Source: Candidatus Enterousia sp. (lineage in GTDB: Bacteria > Pseudomonadota > Alphaproteobacteria > Rs-D84). From it: a stretch of 64,000 bases of DNA. The DNA lies in assembly GCA_045612805.1 (NCBI GenBank), contig JAZKZR010000010.1:195136-259135 (forward strand), given 5' to 3'. This document shows, one piece after another, positions 1-9,209 of the stretch. A program made the position numbers and the translations under genes. The number at the start of each line of letters is the position of its first letter. The first letter of the stretch is position 1. The notes under the pieces were generated by a model. It was not told the origin of the DNA. It searched no databases and saw only the letters and a list, made by a program, of their open reading frames with translations.

Positions 1-599
1 TCGCGCCGGTTGATATTATGGACGAAGAAGGTTCAATGACTTTGCCGGTCACGGACGGGAACAGATTGACCGAAAACTATGTCGGAACGCATTTTGCAAA
101 TTATCCGTCGTATATTGTCCTGTCGCATTTCAAGGGACATCAAATGGCGGGCTTTGGTGGCGCATTGAAAAACATTTCTATCGGTTTTGCATCATCCATG
201 GGCAAGGCATGGATTCACAGTGGTGGCACATCCAAAGATAATCCGTGGGGTGGCGAACAAGACGCGTTTTTGGAATCTATGGCGGATGCGGCGCGCGCGG
301 TGACGGACTATGTCGGGCGCGATAATATGGTTTATATCAATGTGCTGAACCGCATAAGTATCGATTGTGATTGCAATGCGAACCCCGCGGAACCGGATAT
401 TCACGATATCGGAATTTTGGTGTCGCGTGACCCGGTCGCCATTGACCAGGCCGGTATTGACATGGTGTCGGTTGCGGACGGCAATCAAAAACTGATGGAA
501 CGTATCGCCGACAGAAACGGATTGCACACATTGGAATCTGCGGAAAAAATCGGTGTTGGTTCCCGCAAATATAAACTGGTCGATTTGGACAACGAATAA
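1..599 (+). CDS. DUF362-family protein, C-terminal part; the 5' end lies outside the window (ORF open to position 1, first in-frame ATG at 18)
   Basis: The 193-aa translation has a CDCNANP motif and the general DUF362 pattern. The frame has no upstream stop before the window edge. Confidence 0.45.
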   Translation, partial: APVDIMDEEGSMTLPVTDGNRLTENYVGTHFANYPSYIVLSHFKGHQMAGFGGALKNISIGFASSMGKAWIHSGGTSKDNPWGGEQDAFLESMADAARAVTDYVGRDNMVYINVLNRISIDCDCNANPAEPDIHDIGILVSRDPVAIDQAGIDMVSVADGNQKLMERIADRNGLHTLESAEKIGVGSRKYKLVDLDNE

Positions 600-617
600 C
601 AAACAAAGGAGAAAAAA

Positions 618-1193
618 ATGAAAAAAGTATTATTTATTTTGGCAATAGTCATAGTGATTGTTGGAATCTTTTTGGTCTTGCGCCCGCGCGTTTCCGCATC
701 AAAAGGTGCAACGGACGGTGGCAAAATTTTGGTCGCATATTTTAGTGCCACCGGAAATACCAAGGCGGTGGCGGAAAAATTGGCCGATGCAACCGGTGCC
801 GATTTATTTGAAATACCCCCCGAACAATTGTATACAGATGAAGATTTGAATTGGCAAAATGACCAAAGCCGTTCTTCGATTGAAATGGCGAGCAGGTATT
901 CACGCCCGGCAATCGCATCAAAAATTGAAAATATCGCACAATATAATGTGGTGTTTGTTGGGTTCCCAATTTGGTGGGGACGCGAACCATCGATAATTGA
1001 TACTTTCATGGAAAGTTATGATTTTGCTGGAAAAATAATTGTTCCGTTTGCAACATCCGGCACCAGTGGTATCGGCGATTCGGGGGCAAACATGCAATCA
1101 CTTGCACCGAACGCGCATGTCCGCGGTGGCGAAAGATTCCCGGTCGATGTTTCCGTGTCGGAATTAAAAACCTGGGCCGACGAACAAATGTAA
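618..1193 (+). CDS. Flavodoxin-like protein with an N-terminal hydrophobic anchor or signal
   Basis: Hydrophobic N-terminus MKKVLFILAIVIVIVGIFLV. The flavodoxin FMN-binding start ILVAYFSATGNTKAVAEKLA is present. A ribosome-binding site AAGGAGA precedes the ATG. Confidence 0.6.
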   Translation: MKKVLFILAIVIVIVGIFLVLRPRVSASKGATDGGKILVAYFSATGNTKAVAEKLADATGADLFEIPPEQLYTDEDLNWQNDQSRSSIEMASRYSRPAIASKIENIAQYNVVFVGFPIWWGREPSIIDTFMESYDFAGKIIVPFATSGTSGIGDSGANMQSLAPNAHVRGGERFPVDVSVSELKTWADEQM

Positions 1194-1198
1194 AAAAC

Positions 1199-1228
1199 GG
1201 ACCGCCAAATCGGCGGTCTGATTTTTTT
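1199..1228 (+). terminator. Rho-independent terminator after the flavodoxin gene
   Basis: GC hairpin gaccgcc-aaatc-ggcggtc followed by a run of seven T. Confidence 0.5.
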
Positions 1229-1438
1229 ATGCGTCCGGCACACGAAAACCTGGTGAAATGTGATGACCGGATTGCTTCGCCAATGTTGAAACATCCACCT
1301 TTGCAAAACGCTACGGTGGACCGGCATACTCCGTCTGCCTTGTTTCAACATTTCGAACCGGCTAAACTCGCCGGTTCGAATCAAGATAACATACGGTGAA
1401 TTTAAAAAACATCCCAATCGGGATGTTTTTCAAATTCA

Positions 1439-1516
1439 TGGGGCGGATGACCGGATTCGAACCGGCGACATTCGGTACCACAAACCGACGCTCTAACCAG
1501 CTGAGCTACATCCGCC
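1439..1516 (-). tRNA. tRNA-His (anticodon GTG) with genomically encoded G-1 and C73
   Basis: Cloverleaf read on the minus strand. The anticodon loop is TTGTGGT, the extra 5' G pairs with discriminator C73, and the T-loop is TTCGAAT. Confidence 0.85.
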
Positions 1517-1623
1517 ATGTGCGAAACGCAGTTTAACATTAAAAAATCCGCTTTTCAAGATTTTTCTTTACATCCGCTAAAAACGATACATAATGTCAAT
1601 AAATCAAAGAAAAAGGATATATT

Positions 1624-2148
1624 ATGGAACAACTTATTAGCATGTATGCCGCGTTGCAAAAAAATCCCGTTACGGTGTCATATCCCGATGGACAAATATC
1701 ATCCAATGATTTCAATCATGCGCATGGATACGACAATGATTTTGTAACAATTTATACATTTGGCCCATACAAGCTTGAACATAATAATTTGGCGCGTAGT
1801 AAACATTATATCAAGGGTTATACCCAAGAATTAACATTTACCAAACCAGGAACAACACTTTATAGATTGGTGCTTGTCAGAAAGCATTTATTTAGACTTG
1901 ATAAAAATTATGTTGACCTATTCAGGGCTGTACAAGCCAAAGCAGATGGAAAAAATTTTGAAAACCCATTTGAAAAAACTATCAACGACAGCGTATGCAA
2001 CCTTCAATTTTATTTAACAGAGTTGGCACATACGCATGGTGCATTAATGAACGATGATGAAATCCAAGAAACAATTGCCCAATTGGATAATATCAAGAAT
2101 CGTTTATTACTAACCCAAAATATAAATTATTCGGAAAAATCGAAATAA
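1624..2148 (+). CDS. Hypothetical protein (AT-rich gene next to tRNA-His)
   Basis: 174-aa ORF with no recognisable motif. GAAAAAGGA lies upstream of the ATG. Confidence 0.45.
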   Translation: MEQLISMYAALQKNPVTVSYPDGQISSNDFNHAHGYDNDFVTIYTFGPYKLEHNNLARSKHYIKGYTQELTFTKPGTTLYRLVLVRKHLFRLDKNYVDLFRAVQAKADGKNFENPFEKTINDSVCNLQFYLTELAHTHGALMNDDEIQETIAQLDNIKNRLLLTQNINYSEKSK

Positions 2149-2180
2149 AAAACGCCCCGTTTGGGGCGATTTCTTATTTC
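2145..2180. terminator. Bidirectional hairpin terminator between convergent genes
   Basis: cgcccc-gttt-ggggcg hairpin flanked by A/T runs on both sides, between the 2148 (+) and 2174 (-) gene ends. Confidence 0.45.
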
Positions 2181-2695
2181 TTTAATCTTACAATTTTCTT
2201 TAATTTTTTTAATCCCTTGGCCATGTCGCTTTCTTCGGCGGGTTTTATTTCCCCAGGCGTCAATTCCGAACAGCAATGCGGGCATTTTGTTGCGGTAATA
2301 TCAACCGTTTGTTTGCAATATGGACACGTGCGCGTTGTGACGGCCTTTTTAGTTTTCATTTTATTGACGGTTCGCACAATAAGGAACGCCGCAAACATCG
2401 TGATAACGAAACTTACCAAAGTATTCAAAAACAACCCGATATTCATTGTCTTGGCACCGGCGGCCTGGGCTTCCGCCAAGGTATTAAAGTGTTGACCCGC
2501 GCCACCCGAAAGCACAATAAAGAACTGTGAAAAATCGATACCGCCAATCAAAAGCCCAATCGGTGGCATAATAACATCGGTGACAAGAGAGTTCACAACA
2601 CTGGTCAATACAGAACCAACGATGATACCGATGGCCATGTCGATTGCGTTACCGCGTTCCGCAAATTCCCGGAATTCTTTCAAAAATTTACTCAT
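2174..2695 (-). CDS. mscL: Large-conductance mechanosensitive channel MscL with a C-terminal CxxC...CxxCC zinc-ribbon-like extension
   Basis: N-terminus MSKFLKEFREFAERGNAIDMAIGIIVG matches the MscL signature. The start is placed at the internal Met because it matches the MscL N-terminus. The C-terminal extension reads TCPYCKQ...KCPHCC. Confidence 0.8.
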   Translation of the reverse strand: MSKFLKEFREFAERGNAIDMAIGIIVGSVLTSVVNSLVTDVIMPPIGLLIGGIDFSQFFIVLSGGAGQHFNTLAEAQAAGAKTMNIGLFLNTLVSFVITMFAAFLIVRTVNKMKTKKAVTTRTCPYCKQTVDITATKCPHCCSELTPGEIKPAEESDMAKGLKKLKKIVRLKK

Positions 2696-3257
2696 GTTTT
2701 TTTCCTTTTTGGTTGATATGTTCGTGCAAAGCATCAATCACCGTACCAAGCGTCTTGTGCAAATTTTCATCAAACGTTTCCACAGTTATATCCGCCATTG
2801 CATATGTGTTATACCGCTCTGCAATCAATTGAGCAAGGATTTTTTTACTATCAGTATGCAAAAGTTGCGGGCGCGTATTGCGAAACCGTGTCCGTTTGAC
2901 CAATAAATCCAGGTCGGCCTTTAACCAAATGCTTATTGCATCGCGTAAAACCTTGTCGCGAATTTCGGGCGTGATAAACGCGCCTTCGCCGGTGGACAAA
3001 ACCTTTACCCGCGGTTCGGAATCAAGCAACCGTCGCACCACGCGTTCTTCGACACGGCGAAATTCCTGTTCGCCATACATTGCGAATATATCAACGACAC
3101 TGCACCCGGCGGCGCGTTCAATTTCTTTGTCCGAATCGACAAATGGCACACCCAAATGATGCGCCAATGCGCGCCCCACACTTGTTTTGCCGGCCCCCAT
3201 CAGGCCGACCATTACTATCGGTTTATCAATTTTCAATTCGTTTTTCATAAAACTCAT
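2688..3257 (-). CDS. aroK: Shikimate kinase
   Basis: Walker A GLMGAGKTSVGRALA and the shikimate kinase core FVDSD. 189 aa. Confidence 0.8.
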   Translation of the reverse strand: MSFMKNELKIDKPIVMVGLMGAGKTSVGRALAHHLGVPFVDSDKEIERAAGCSVVDIFAMYGEQEFRRVEERVVRRLLDSEPRVKVLSTGEGAFITPEIRDKVLRDAISIWLKADLDLLVKRTRFRNTRPQLLHTDSKKILAQLIAERYNTYAMADITVETFDENLHKTLGTVIDALHEHINQKGKKHE

Positions 3258-3348
3258 GATAAATAATTTTTTTGCATGTCACAATAAAAACTTTTTTATG
3301 GCGATTTTTCGTGATATAATATAGGCAAGCAAAAACGGGAGACAAATT

Positions 3349-4395
3349 ATGAAAGCACAATATGCATTGATTGGAATTTTGATAACATCTGTGGCGCATT
3401 CGGCGGATTTTGGATTGTATGCGAATTCTGTGTCGGCGCACAATATCGCCACGGCCCAGCATGAAATTGCAAACCGTGTCTTTATGCCAATGGGTAAAAA
3501 ATTATTGCAACCGCGGGCGCGGGTCGTGCAAAAACCGATTACGGAAAATCAAGACCCCGATTCATACGGCGAAATGCTTTATTATGGTGAATTTGGTGAT
3601 GATACGGGCGTTTTACCACTTATCAAGGGTCGCAATGGCGGTGACGGGACGGATGAATATTTTCGCATTGGTTGGCAACATTTTTCCGATAATGTAAAAT
3701 TCAAATCAAATCCGCATTTGAAAAGCACATCTGATTTGGCGTTTGTCGCATATGGCAATGAATTTGATGCCACAAGAATAGAATTCTTTGGCGGATATTC
3801 CGGCGCGCACACGAAAAATGATGTGATGGACATTGATACCGACGGCGCATTTATTGGTGCATCATTTGGCAAAAAGTTCGGTGATTTGGAACTTTCGGCA
3901 ATGGCGGATTTGGGTTTGGCCGTAAATGATATGAATTTGATAATTTATGGTGATGACTTTAATAATTTCTATGCCGGCATTATGGCAAACGCCGCATATA
4001 CATACGGTTTTGAAGATGTAATATTCCTGCGACCGGCATTGCGCGCGGGTTACACATGGATAAATTCTGCAAATTATATTTCAAAAGATGGCAAAAACAT
4101 AAGCAACAAAGATTTCGGATTCTTTGAATTGACACCAATGCTTGATATTTATCATTATATTGGTGATGGACTTTCAATTGGTGGCCACGTCGGTTATGTT
4201 ATGAATTTTAGAACCGGCGGTGGCACACAGGTTAACTATGTCGGTGTTCCAAAATTAGATATAAACAATTACTTTGAATATGGCATAGTTTTATCACAAA
4301 ACTTCGACGGGTTTACTTTAAATATAAACCTTGGTCGTCATGATGGCGCACGAAACGGTTGGAACGGCGGCGCCGAATTCAAGTATGTGTTTTAA
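3349..4395 (+). CDS. Outer-membrane beta-barrel protein (predicted)
   Basis: Signal peptide MKAQYALIGILITSVAHSA, alternating Gly/aromatic-rich segments, and a C-terminal ...FKYVF terminal-Phe OMP signature. Confidence 0.55.
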   Translation: MKAQYALIGILITSVAHSADFGLYANSVSAHNIATAQHEIANRVFMPMGKKLLQPRARVVQKPITENQDPDSYGEMLYYGEFGDDTGVLPLIKGRNGGDGTDEYFRIGWQHFSDNVKFKSNPHLKSTSDLAFVAYGNEFDATRIEFFGGYSGAHTKNDVMDIDTDGAFIGASFGKKFGDLELSAMADLGLAVNDMNLIIYGDDFNNFYAGIMANAAYTYGFEDVIFLRPALRAGYTWINSANYISKDGKNISNKDFGFFELTPMLDIYHYIGDGLSIGGHVGYVMNFRTGGGTQVNYVGVPKLDINNYFEYGIVLSQNFDGFTLNINLGRHDGARNGWNGGAEFKYVF

Positions 4396-4560
4396 TAGTG
4401 TTAGCGACTAAGTGTAAGTGTTTAGCAGATTCTAGAATCTACTCGTGATTACGAAAGTGTTCCAGATACTACTAACTACTTACACCAAGCCAGGGCAAAG
4501 CCCTGGCGCAGTCTCGTCACCGCACCCAGCGGTGACGGATAATCACTTACACTATCCACT
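4396..4560. repeat. Dispersed structured intergenic repeat, copy A (two conserved hairpins)
   Basis: Shares agtgtaagtg...agattct.gaat...acaccaagccagggcaaagccctggcgcagtc plus a second GC hairpin and ggataa with the copy at 47001-47165. Confidence 0.6.
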
Positions 4561-5803
4561 ATTTATAAATACAATTTGCAAATTGTTGTGCGACCATTGA
4601 ACGTTCGGCACTGGTTGTGTCGGCAACCGGCACCATAAAGCAACGCGTGCTATCGCGCAGTATAAAAACCTTGGTTCCGTATTTATACGCGTTTTGCATA
4701 TTATCCATTTGCGCCGATGTTAAAAACGCATTTTGGGTAAGGGGCGAATTTGAAAGACCCGCCTGAATAACCTGATTTGCGGTCGCGTAATCATAAACTT
4801 CGGTATTAGATTTTACTTCGAAAAAAATTCCGTATTTGCCGGCGTTTTTATCTATTGCATTAGTTTTTTTTTGCGCATCGGGAAACGCAACGCCCGCCGC
4901 AACCGCCGCCACGGTTTGCAGTGCCACATTTGAATTTCCGGTTTCATGCGTCGCCAAATTCAGTTGCATATTTTCACCGCACGCCAAATTCATACGATTT
5001 GTATAGGACGCCAAAACTGCATCAACCGCGTTTTCCCAATCGGACGCCTTTTTATTCAAATCAAGCGTTACAATTTTTTCCGCCCATCCCCAAATGTTTG
5101 CACCGATATTTCCGGCGTTTGCGAATCGTGACACCATTTCGGCCGATCCACCCGGCACGCCCGCACCGCAAAAGTCACTAAGTTGCGACATAAGCATACT
5201 TGATGTTTCGTTTCCATACGCCAATGCGACCGCATGGCAAGACATTGCGGCCTCTAATTCCTGGCGCCGCTCTAAACACTGTGGTGAATGCGCCTTGGTC
5301 AATTCGTTTGCCATGTTGGACATGGCCAGCCACGCCATCAATTCTTGTTGCACATATGACGGGCAAAGGTGCGCCGCCGTATTCACGCCACCAACACCCA
5401 TTTTCGTATTTGTTGCATAATTCGGCAATAACACTGACACATCATTACGCAGGCAAAGCAAAACATAATTATATAACTCGCTTTCCGTTGCGTACGCACA
5501 GCGCCCCGATACCTGGCCCGGGACAACGGTAATATCGCCACAATAATCGGACAGGCATTTATCAATCTTTACACGACATGCACTGTCCACATCCGGCACA
5601 TTTACCATATAGTAAGTGTTGCGCTGATTGGTTTTATACGTATTTGCCAAACCCTGATTTCCGCGCAGGTTTGTGTTGCCAACCGTGCCCATATTCACGC
5701 CACGCGCCATATTTGTCGCGGTTGTTCCCGCCGACACACCATACGCGCCCGCACCAATCATGCATGCACACACAACGCCCGTCATACGAAAGAAATGTTT
5801 CAT
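4559..5803 (-). CDS. Secreted hypothetical protein
   Basis: Signal peptide MKHFFRMTGVVCACMIGAGAYGVSAG. 414 aa, with a Cys-containing N-terminal region. Confidence 0.5.
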   Translation of the reverse strand: MKHFFRMTGVVCACMIGAGAYGVSAGTTATNMARGVNMGTVGNTNLRGNQGLANTYKTNQRNTYYMVNVPDVDSACRVKIDKCLSDYCGDITVVPGQVSGRCAYATESELYNYVLLCLRNDVSVLLPNYATNTKMGVGGVNTAAHLCPSYVQQELMAWLAMSNMANELTKAHSPQCLERRQELEAAMSCHAVALAYGNETSSMLMSQLSDFCGAGVPGGSAEMVSRFANAGNIGANIWGWAEKIVTLDLNKKASDWENAVDAVLASYTNRMNLACGENMQLNLATHETGNSNVALQTVAAVAAGVAFPDAQKKTNAIDKNAGKYGIFFEVKSNTEVYDYATANQVIQAGLSNSPLTQNAFLTSAQMDNMQNAYKYGTKVFILRDSTRCFMVPVADTTSAERSMVAQQFANCIYK

Positions 5804-5900
5804 GAAACTCTCCCCCTATTTATCGTTCATTTTATCATAATTTTATGTCGCCCGCAAGATTTATTGTTGATTTTGGAATTTTTATTGCTATGATAACCCT

Positions 5901-6972
5901 ATGTTTTTGGCAAATGAAATCTTTAGTGAAATTTCCGATAACCTGAATAATATTCGGGGGTTTCTTTGACCCGGATAAACTCAGGACGCAAATCGACGAT
6001 TTAACCAAACAATCACTTTCGCCAGATTTATGGAACGACCCGGATGTGGCGCGCGCGATTATGCAGAAAAAGTCCGCGGCCGAACGCGACCTGCGAATGA
6101 TAGCGGATATGGATGCGGAATTTGAAAACCTGCGCGAATTGTACGCGATTGCGCCCGACGATGCGGATGTAATCGCGGCGATTGAAAAATTGGCGGATGA
6201 CGCCCGCCGCGCGGCATATGTGACACTGTTTAACGAACCGGCGGATGGCAACAACGCATTTTTATTTATTCAGGCCGGCGCCGGCGGAACCGAAGCCCAA
6301 GATTGGGCACAAATGTTGGCGCGTATGTATTCGCGTTGGGCCGAAAGACATGGATTTGCGGTGGAAATAATCGAAGAACACGAAGGCGACACCGCCGGAA
6401 TCAAAAGTATGACCATGCGAATTGTTGGCGAACGCGCGTATGGGTGGCTGCGTAATGAAATCGGCGTGCATCGGTTGGTGCGCATATCGCCGTTTAACGC
6501 AAACGGCAAACGCCAAACAAGTTTCGCATCCGTTGATGTGTGGCCGGATATCGACGACACAATCAATATCGAAATAAATGAAAAAGACCTGCGCATTGAC
6601 ACATATCGTTCTTCGGGCGCGGGCGGGCAACACGTGAACAAAACCGACAGTGCCGTCCGCATTACGCATATTCCAACCGGAATCGTTGTCACGTGTCAAA
6701 ATGAACGCAGTCAATTTCAGAATAAAGATATGGCAATGAAAATCTTGCGTTCGCGTTTGTATGAATTGGAAATGGAAAAACGTGCCGCCGAAGAAGACGC
6801 CGCCAAGGCCGCACAGAAAAAAATAGAGTGGGGCAGTCAGATTCGAAACTATGTCCTGTATCCATACCGTTTGGTCAAAGATGTCAGGACCGGTACAGAA
6901 AACACTGATTCCGACGCCGTGTTGGATGGTGATTTGGACGAATTTGTGTTGGCATTATTGCGCCGGGGGTAA
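5901..6972 (+). CDS. prfB: Peptide chain release factor 2, translated through a programmed +1 frameshift (frame 0 covers 5901-5966, frame +1 covers 5968-6972)
   Basis: Frame 0 encodes MFLANEIFSEISDNLNNIRGFL and then hits UGA. The +1 frame continues DPDKLRTQIDDL...LWNDPD... into the full RF2 body, which contains the SPF and GGQ motifs. Confidence 0.85.
5955..5970 (+). other. Programmed +1 ribosomal frameshift site of prfB
   Basis: An SD-like GGGGG lies 3 nt upstream of CTT TGA C. This is the canonical RF2 autoregulatory shift site. Confidence 0.8.
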
Positions 6973-7494
6973 GATCTGATATCTTTTATTCATCGTTTTT
7001 GCATATTGTAATACAAGCCGTTCATTACATAATTCATCAAGAATATACTTATTTGATTGTGCCGGATGTATTTTGGGTATATCATAACTTGTGTCTCCAA
7101 AATGTCCCAATATAATGAACGCGTCTTCGTATAAGTCCCCAATTGTTGAATGAAAACCAACTTTTTTAAAATCTTCTAATACTTTTGTAACAACCATATT
7201 TATGCTAAAAACTCTGCCACCCAAAAACGTAGCAGCCATTTGTGCGGGTGGATACGTACTTTGAATATGATGACAGTGAATTTTACAAAAGTACTCTATA
7301 TATGATGCTACAATAAAATCAGCAGTTTTTTTGTCTGTTCCCTGTGGTATTAGTTCGACATTGTATGTCAAATATTGTTTCAAGACATCGTAATCAGAAA
7401 TTTCATTCTGTGTATATGTAAGCACAGTTTGTTTGTGTTTTGTTGATAATACCCAAATAATTACTATAACTACTAGAACTATTATGACAATCAT
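6955..7494 (-). CDS. Hypothetical membrane-anchored protein (AT-rich cassette)
   Basis: N-terminal TM segment MIVIIVLVVIVIIWVL. 179 aa. Local GC is clearly lower than the flanking genes. Confidence 0.45.
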   Translation of the reverse strand: MIVIIVLVVIVIIWVLSTKHKQTVLTYTQNEISDYDVLKQYLTYNVELIPQGTDKKTADFIVASYIEYFCKIHCHHIQSTYPPAQMAATFLGGRVFSINMVVTKVLEDFKKVGFHSTIGDLYEDAFIILGHFGDTSYDIPKIHPAQSNKYILDELCNERLVLQYAKTMNKRYQILPPAQ

Positions 7495-7506
7495 TTTTAT
7501 TCTCCT

Positions 7507-7824
7507 TTACATGATGCAAATACCAAAAACTATCATAAACAACACCCAATATAGCAGCGGTATCTTGGTTAGAGATCCAAAACTTGATATTATGCTACCA
7601 CAAAAATATGTGATAATGGTTCCAATATAATCGGACAATTCTGCATTGCCGAACAAAATTTTTTTCATACTTAACGATTGTTGAAGTGGATTTTCCGGGA
7701 ACAATCGTAAACATACTACAATAATGCTACATAACATACTTGTTATGAATCCCGTTAATATGCCTATGATAGCGTAGCGTGTCAAACCACAAATTAATAG
7801 TATTAAAACAACGATCGATACCAT
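7507..7824 (-). CDS. Small integral membrane protein (AT-rich cassette)
   Basis: 105 aa with three predicted hydrophobic helices. Confidence 0.4.
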   Translation of the reverse strand: MVSIVVLILLICGLTRYAIIGILTGFITSMLCSIIVVCLRLFPENPLQQSLSMKKILFGNAELSDYIGTIITYFCGSIISSFGSLTKIPLLYWVLFMIVFGICIM

Positions 7825-7839
7825 TTTATCCTCCCTTTC

Positions 7840-8118
7840 TTATGATTTATATAATATATCTTCTAAAACACTCACTACAATTTTGCCTAAATATCGACCA
7901 TTAAAGGCAACTTTATCGCTTAACAAATTTGCTTGTATTTGGTGTTTTAGTGCACTAAGGTTATCTTTGCTAGGACGGCTATCAAGATAATAATCTAATA
8001 CCTTATCGACAAATTCTACGGTTTGCGCATGCGTGATTTGATTAGCAATGAATTTTACATTTTGTCTACCTAAAGTTGCAAAATATAAACCTTTTGCAAC
8101 ATCGTCTATAATGAACAT
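7840..8118 (-). CDS. Hypothetical protein (AT-rich cassette)
   Basis: 92-aa ORF, co-directional and tightly spaced with the two downstream ORFs. Confidence 0.4.
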   Translation of the reverse strand: MFIIDDVAKGLYFATLGRQNVKFIANQITHAQTVEFVDKVLDYYLDSRPSKDNLSALKHQIQANLLSDKVAFNGRYLGKIVVSVLEDILYKS

Positions 8119-8456
8119 GTTATTCTCCTTTGTATAAAAACTAAGACCGCCAAAGGAATAGCGGTCAGGGAGTTGATAAATCAGTATCTTAATGATTTCG
8201 TGGCTTTCGGGTTGCCCCTATTTTATAACCAACGGCTCCCCGACCATAAAGCCAGGGATGGTAACGGTGCAAAAGACACCGATAACACCAGATTACGGTG
8301 CTTTCGCACCGAAGATACTGGGCTTATCACAGCCCTGAACCCAATTCCCATTGGATTCATGGCATATTATACACGAAAGAGCGATGTTTTGCAAATATCT
8401 TTCAATTCATACTTGCTTTTCGGCGTAAAACCAATATAATTGCGCATGATGGTATA

Positions 8457-8533
8457 AGCACCCATAGCACAACTGGATAATGCGTCGGCCTCCGAAGCCG
8501 GAGATTGCGCGTTCGAATCGCGCTGGGTGCGCC
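8457..8533 (+). tRNA. tRNA-Arg (anticodon CCG)
   Basis: Acceptor GCACCCA/TGGGTGC, anticodon loop CTCCGAA, T-arm GCGCG-TTCGAAT-CGCGC, and a genomically encoded CCA. Confidence 0.85.
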
Positions 8534-8682
8534 ATAAATACAAAGTGACGCAGAATGCGACATTTTGTATTTATCATGGGCACTCCGCGATTTGGACGCG
8601 CAGCGTTCGACACGATAGTTGGCAAGAACAAGCGTGAAAACGCGCGGTTCGCGCCTTACGAGTGGTGAGCAAAGCGAACTAT

Positions 8683-8696
8683 CCGCTGGGTGCGCC
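8683..8696 (+). repeat. Direct repeat of the tRNA-Arg 3' end (att-like remnant)
   Basis: cgctgggtgcgcca repeats the last 14 nt of the tRNA (including CCA), 150 bp downstream and in the same orientation. Confidence 0.45.
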
Positions 8697-8716
8697 ACTT
8701 TAACTGGGTAATCATA

Positions 8717-9154
8717 ATGAAATTTTTATCTTTATTTTCCGTTTTGTTTCTTGCCGCCTGCAACAGTGTTTATCTTAAACCGAACACGATGGTGCCGGGG
8801 ACAACGGTTTATGCATCGCGTGGCGGAAACACCATGACCCGCGGGATAAAGGAAAAATTGGAAGAACATGGGTTTACCGTAAATGTGGGCAGTTTAAAGG
8901 ACGAATCTTCGATTGATGTTGATAAATTTAGTGTCCCCAAAAACACGCGCTATATTGTCCGCGTAAGCGAACAAGCGGAAACATTTATGCCATATTGGTG
9001 CATATTTAACGGATTTTGGTGGTGGCGATTTAATGTTTCAATTGCCGACCAGAAAACAGGCGAAGAAATTTTATCTTGGCGCGGACGCGGGTGCCAAAAC
9101 AGTTCCCTGCGCAAACTTGATAAATTCCTGGACGAATTGGAAATTAAAGAATAA
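8717..9154 (+). CDS. Lipoprotein (predicted)
   Basis: MKFLSLFSVLFLAAC lipobox. The start is placed at the second Met so that it does not overlap the att-like repeat. Confidence 0.5.
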   Translation: MKFLSLFSVLFLAACNSVYLKPNTMVPGTTVYASRGGNTMTRGIKEKLEEHGFTVNVGSLKDESSIDVDKFSVPKNTRYIVRVSEQAETFMPYWCIFNGFWWWRFNVSIADQKTGEEILSWRGRGCQNSSLRKLDKFLDELEIKE

Positions 9155-9209
9155 CTTGACAATTGCGTTTTTTTGAATAAAATGTCCGCGTAAAACAAAG
9201 GATATTTAC

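Noticed and set aside
1016-1417. 133-aa minus-strand ORF downstream of the flavodoxin gene
   Set aside because: It overlaps the flavodoxin 3' end, a terminator and hairpin-rich intergenic DNA next to tRNA-His. No ribosome-binding site is present and the composition is atypical.
1439-1516. Alternative reading of this tRNA as tRNA-Thr(TGT)
   Set aside because: Shifting the anticodon loop by one breaks the 5-bp anticodon stem. The G-1/C73 arrangement and the GTG anticodon in a 7-nt loop fit tRNA-His.
5835-6254. 139-aa minus-strand ORF
   Set aside because: It overlaps the prfB leader and N-terminal region on the opposite strand. prfB is strongly supported, including its frameshift site.
8170-8456. 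RNase P RNA, SRP RNA or 6S RNA
   Set aside because: P4/P10-12 consensus blocks such as AGGAAAGUCCGGGCUCC and ACAGAACCCGGCUUA are not present on either strand. This is left as an unassigned structured spacer.
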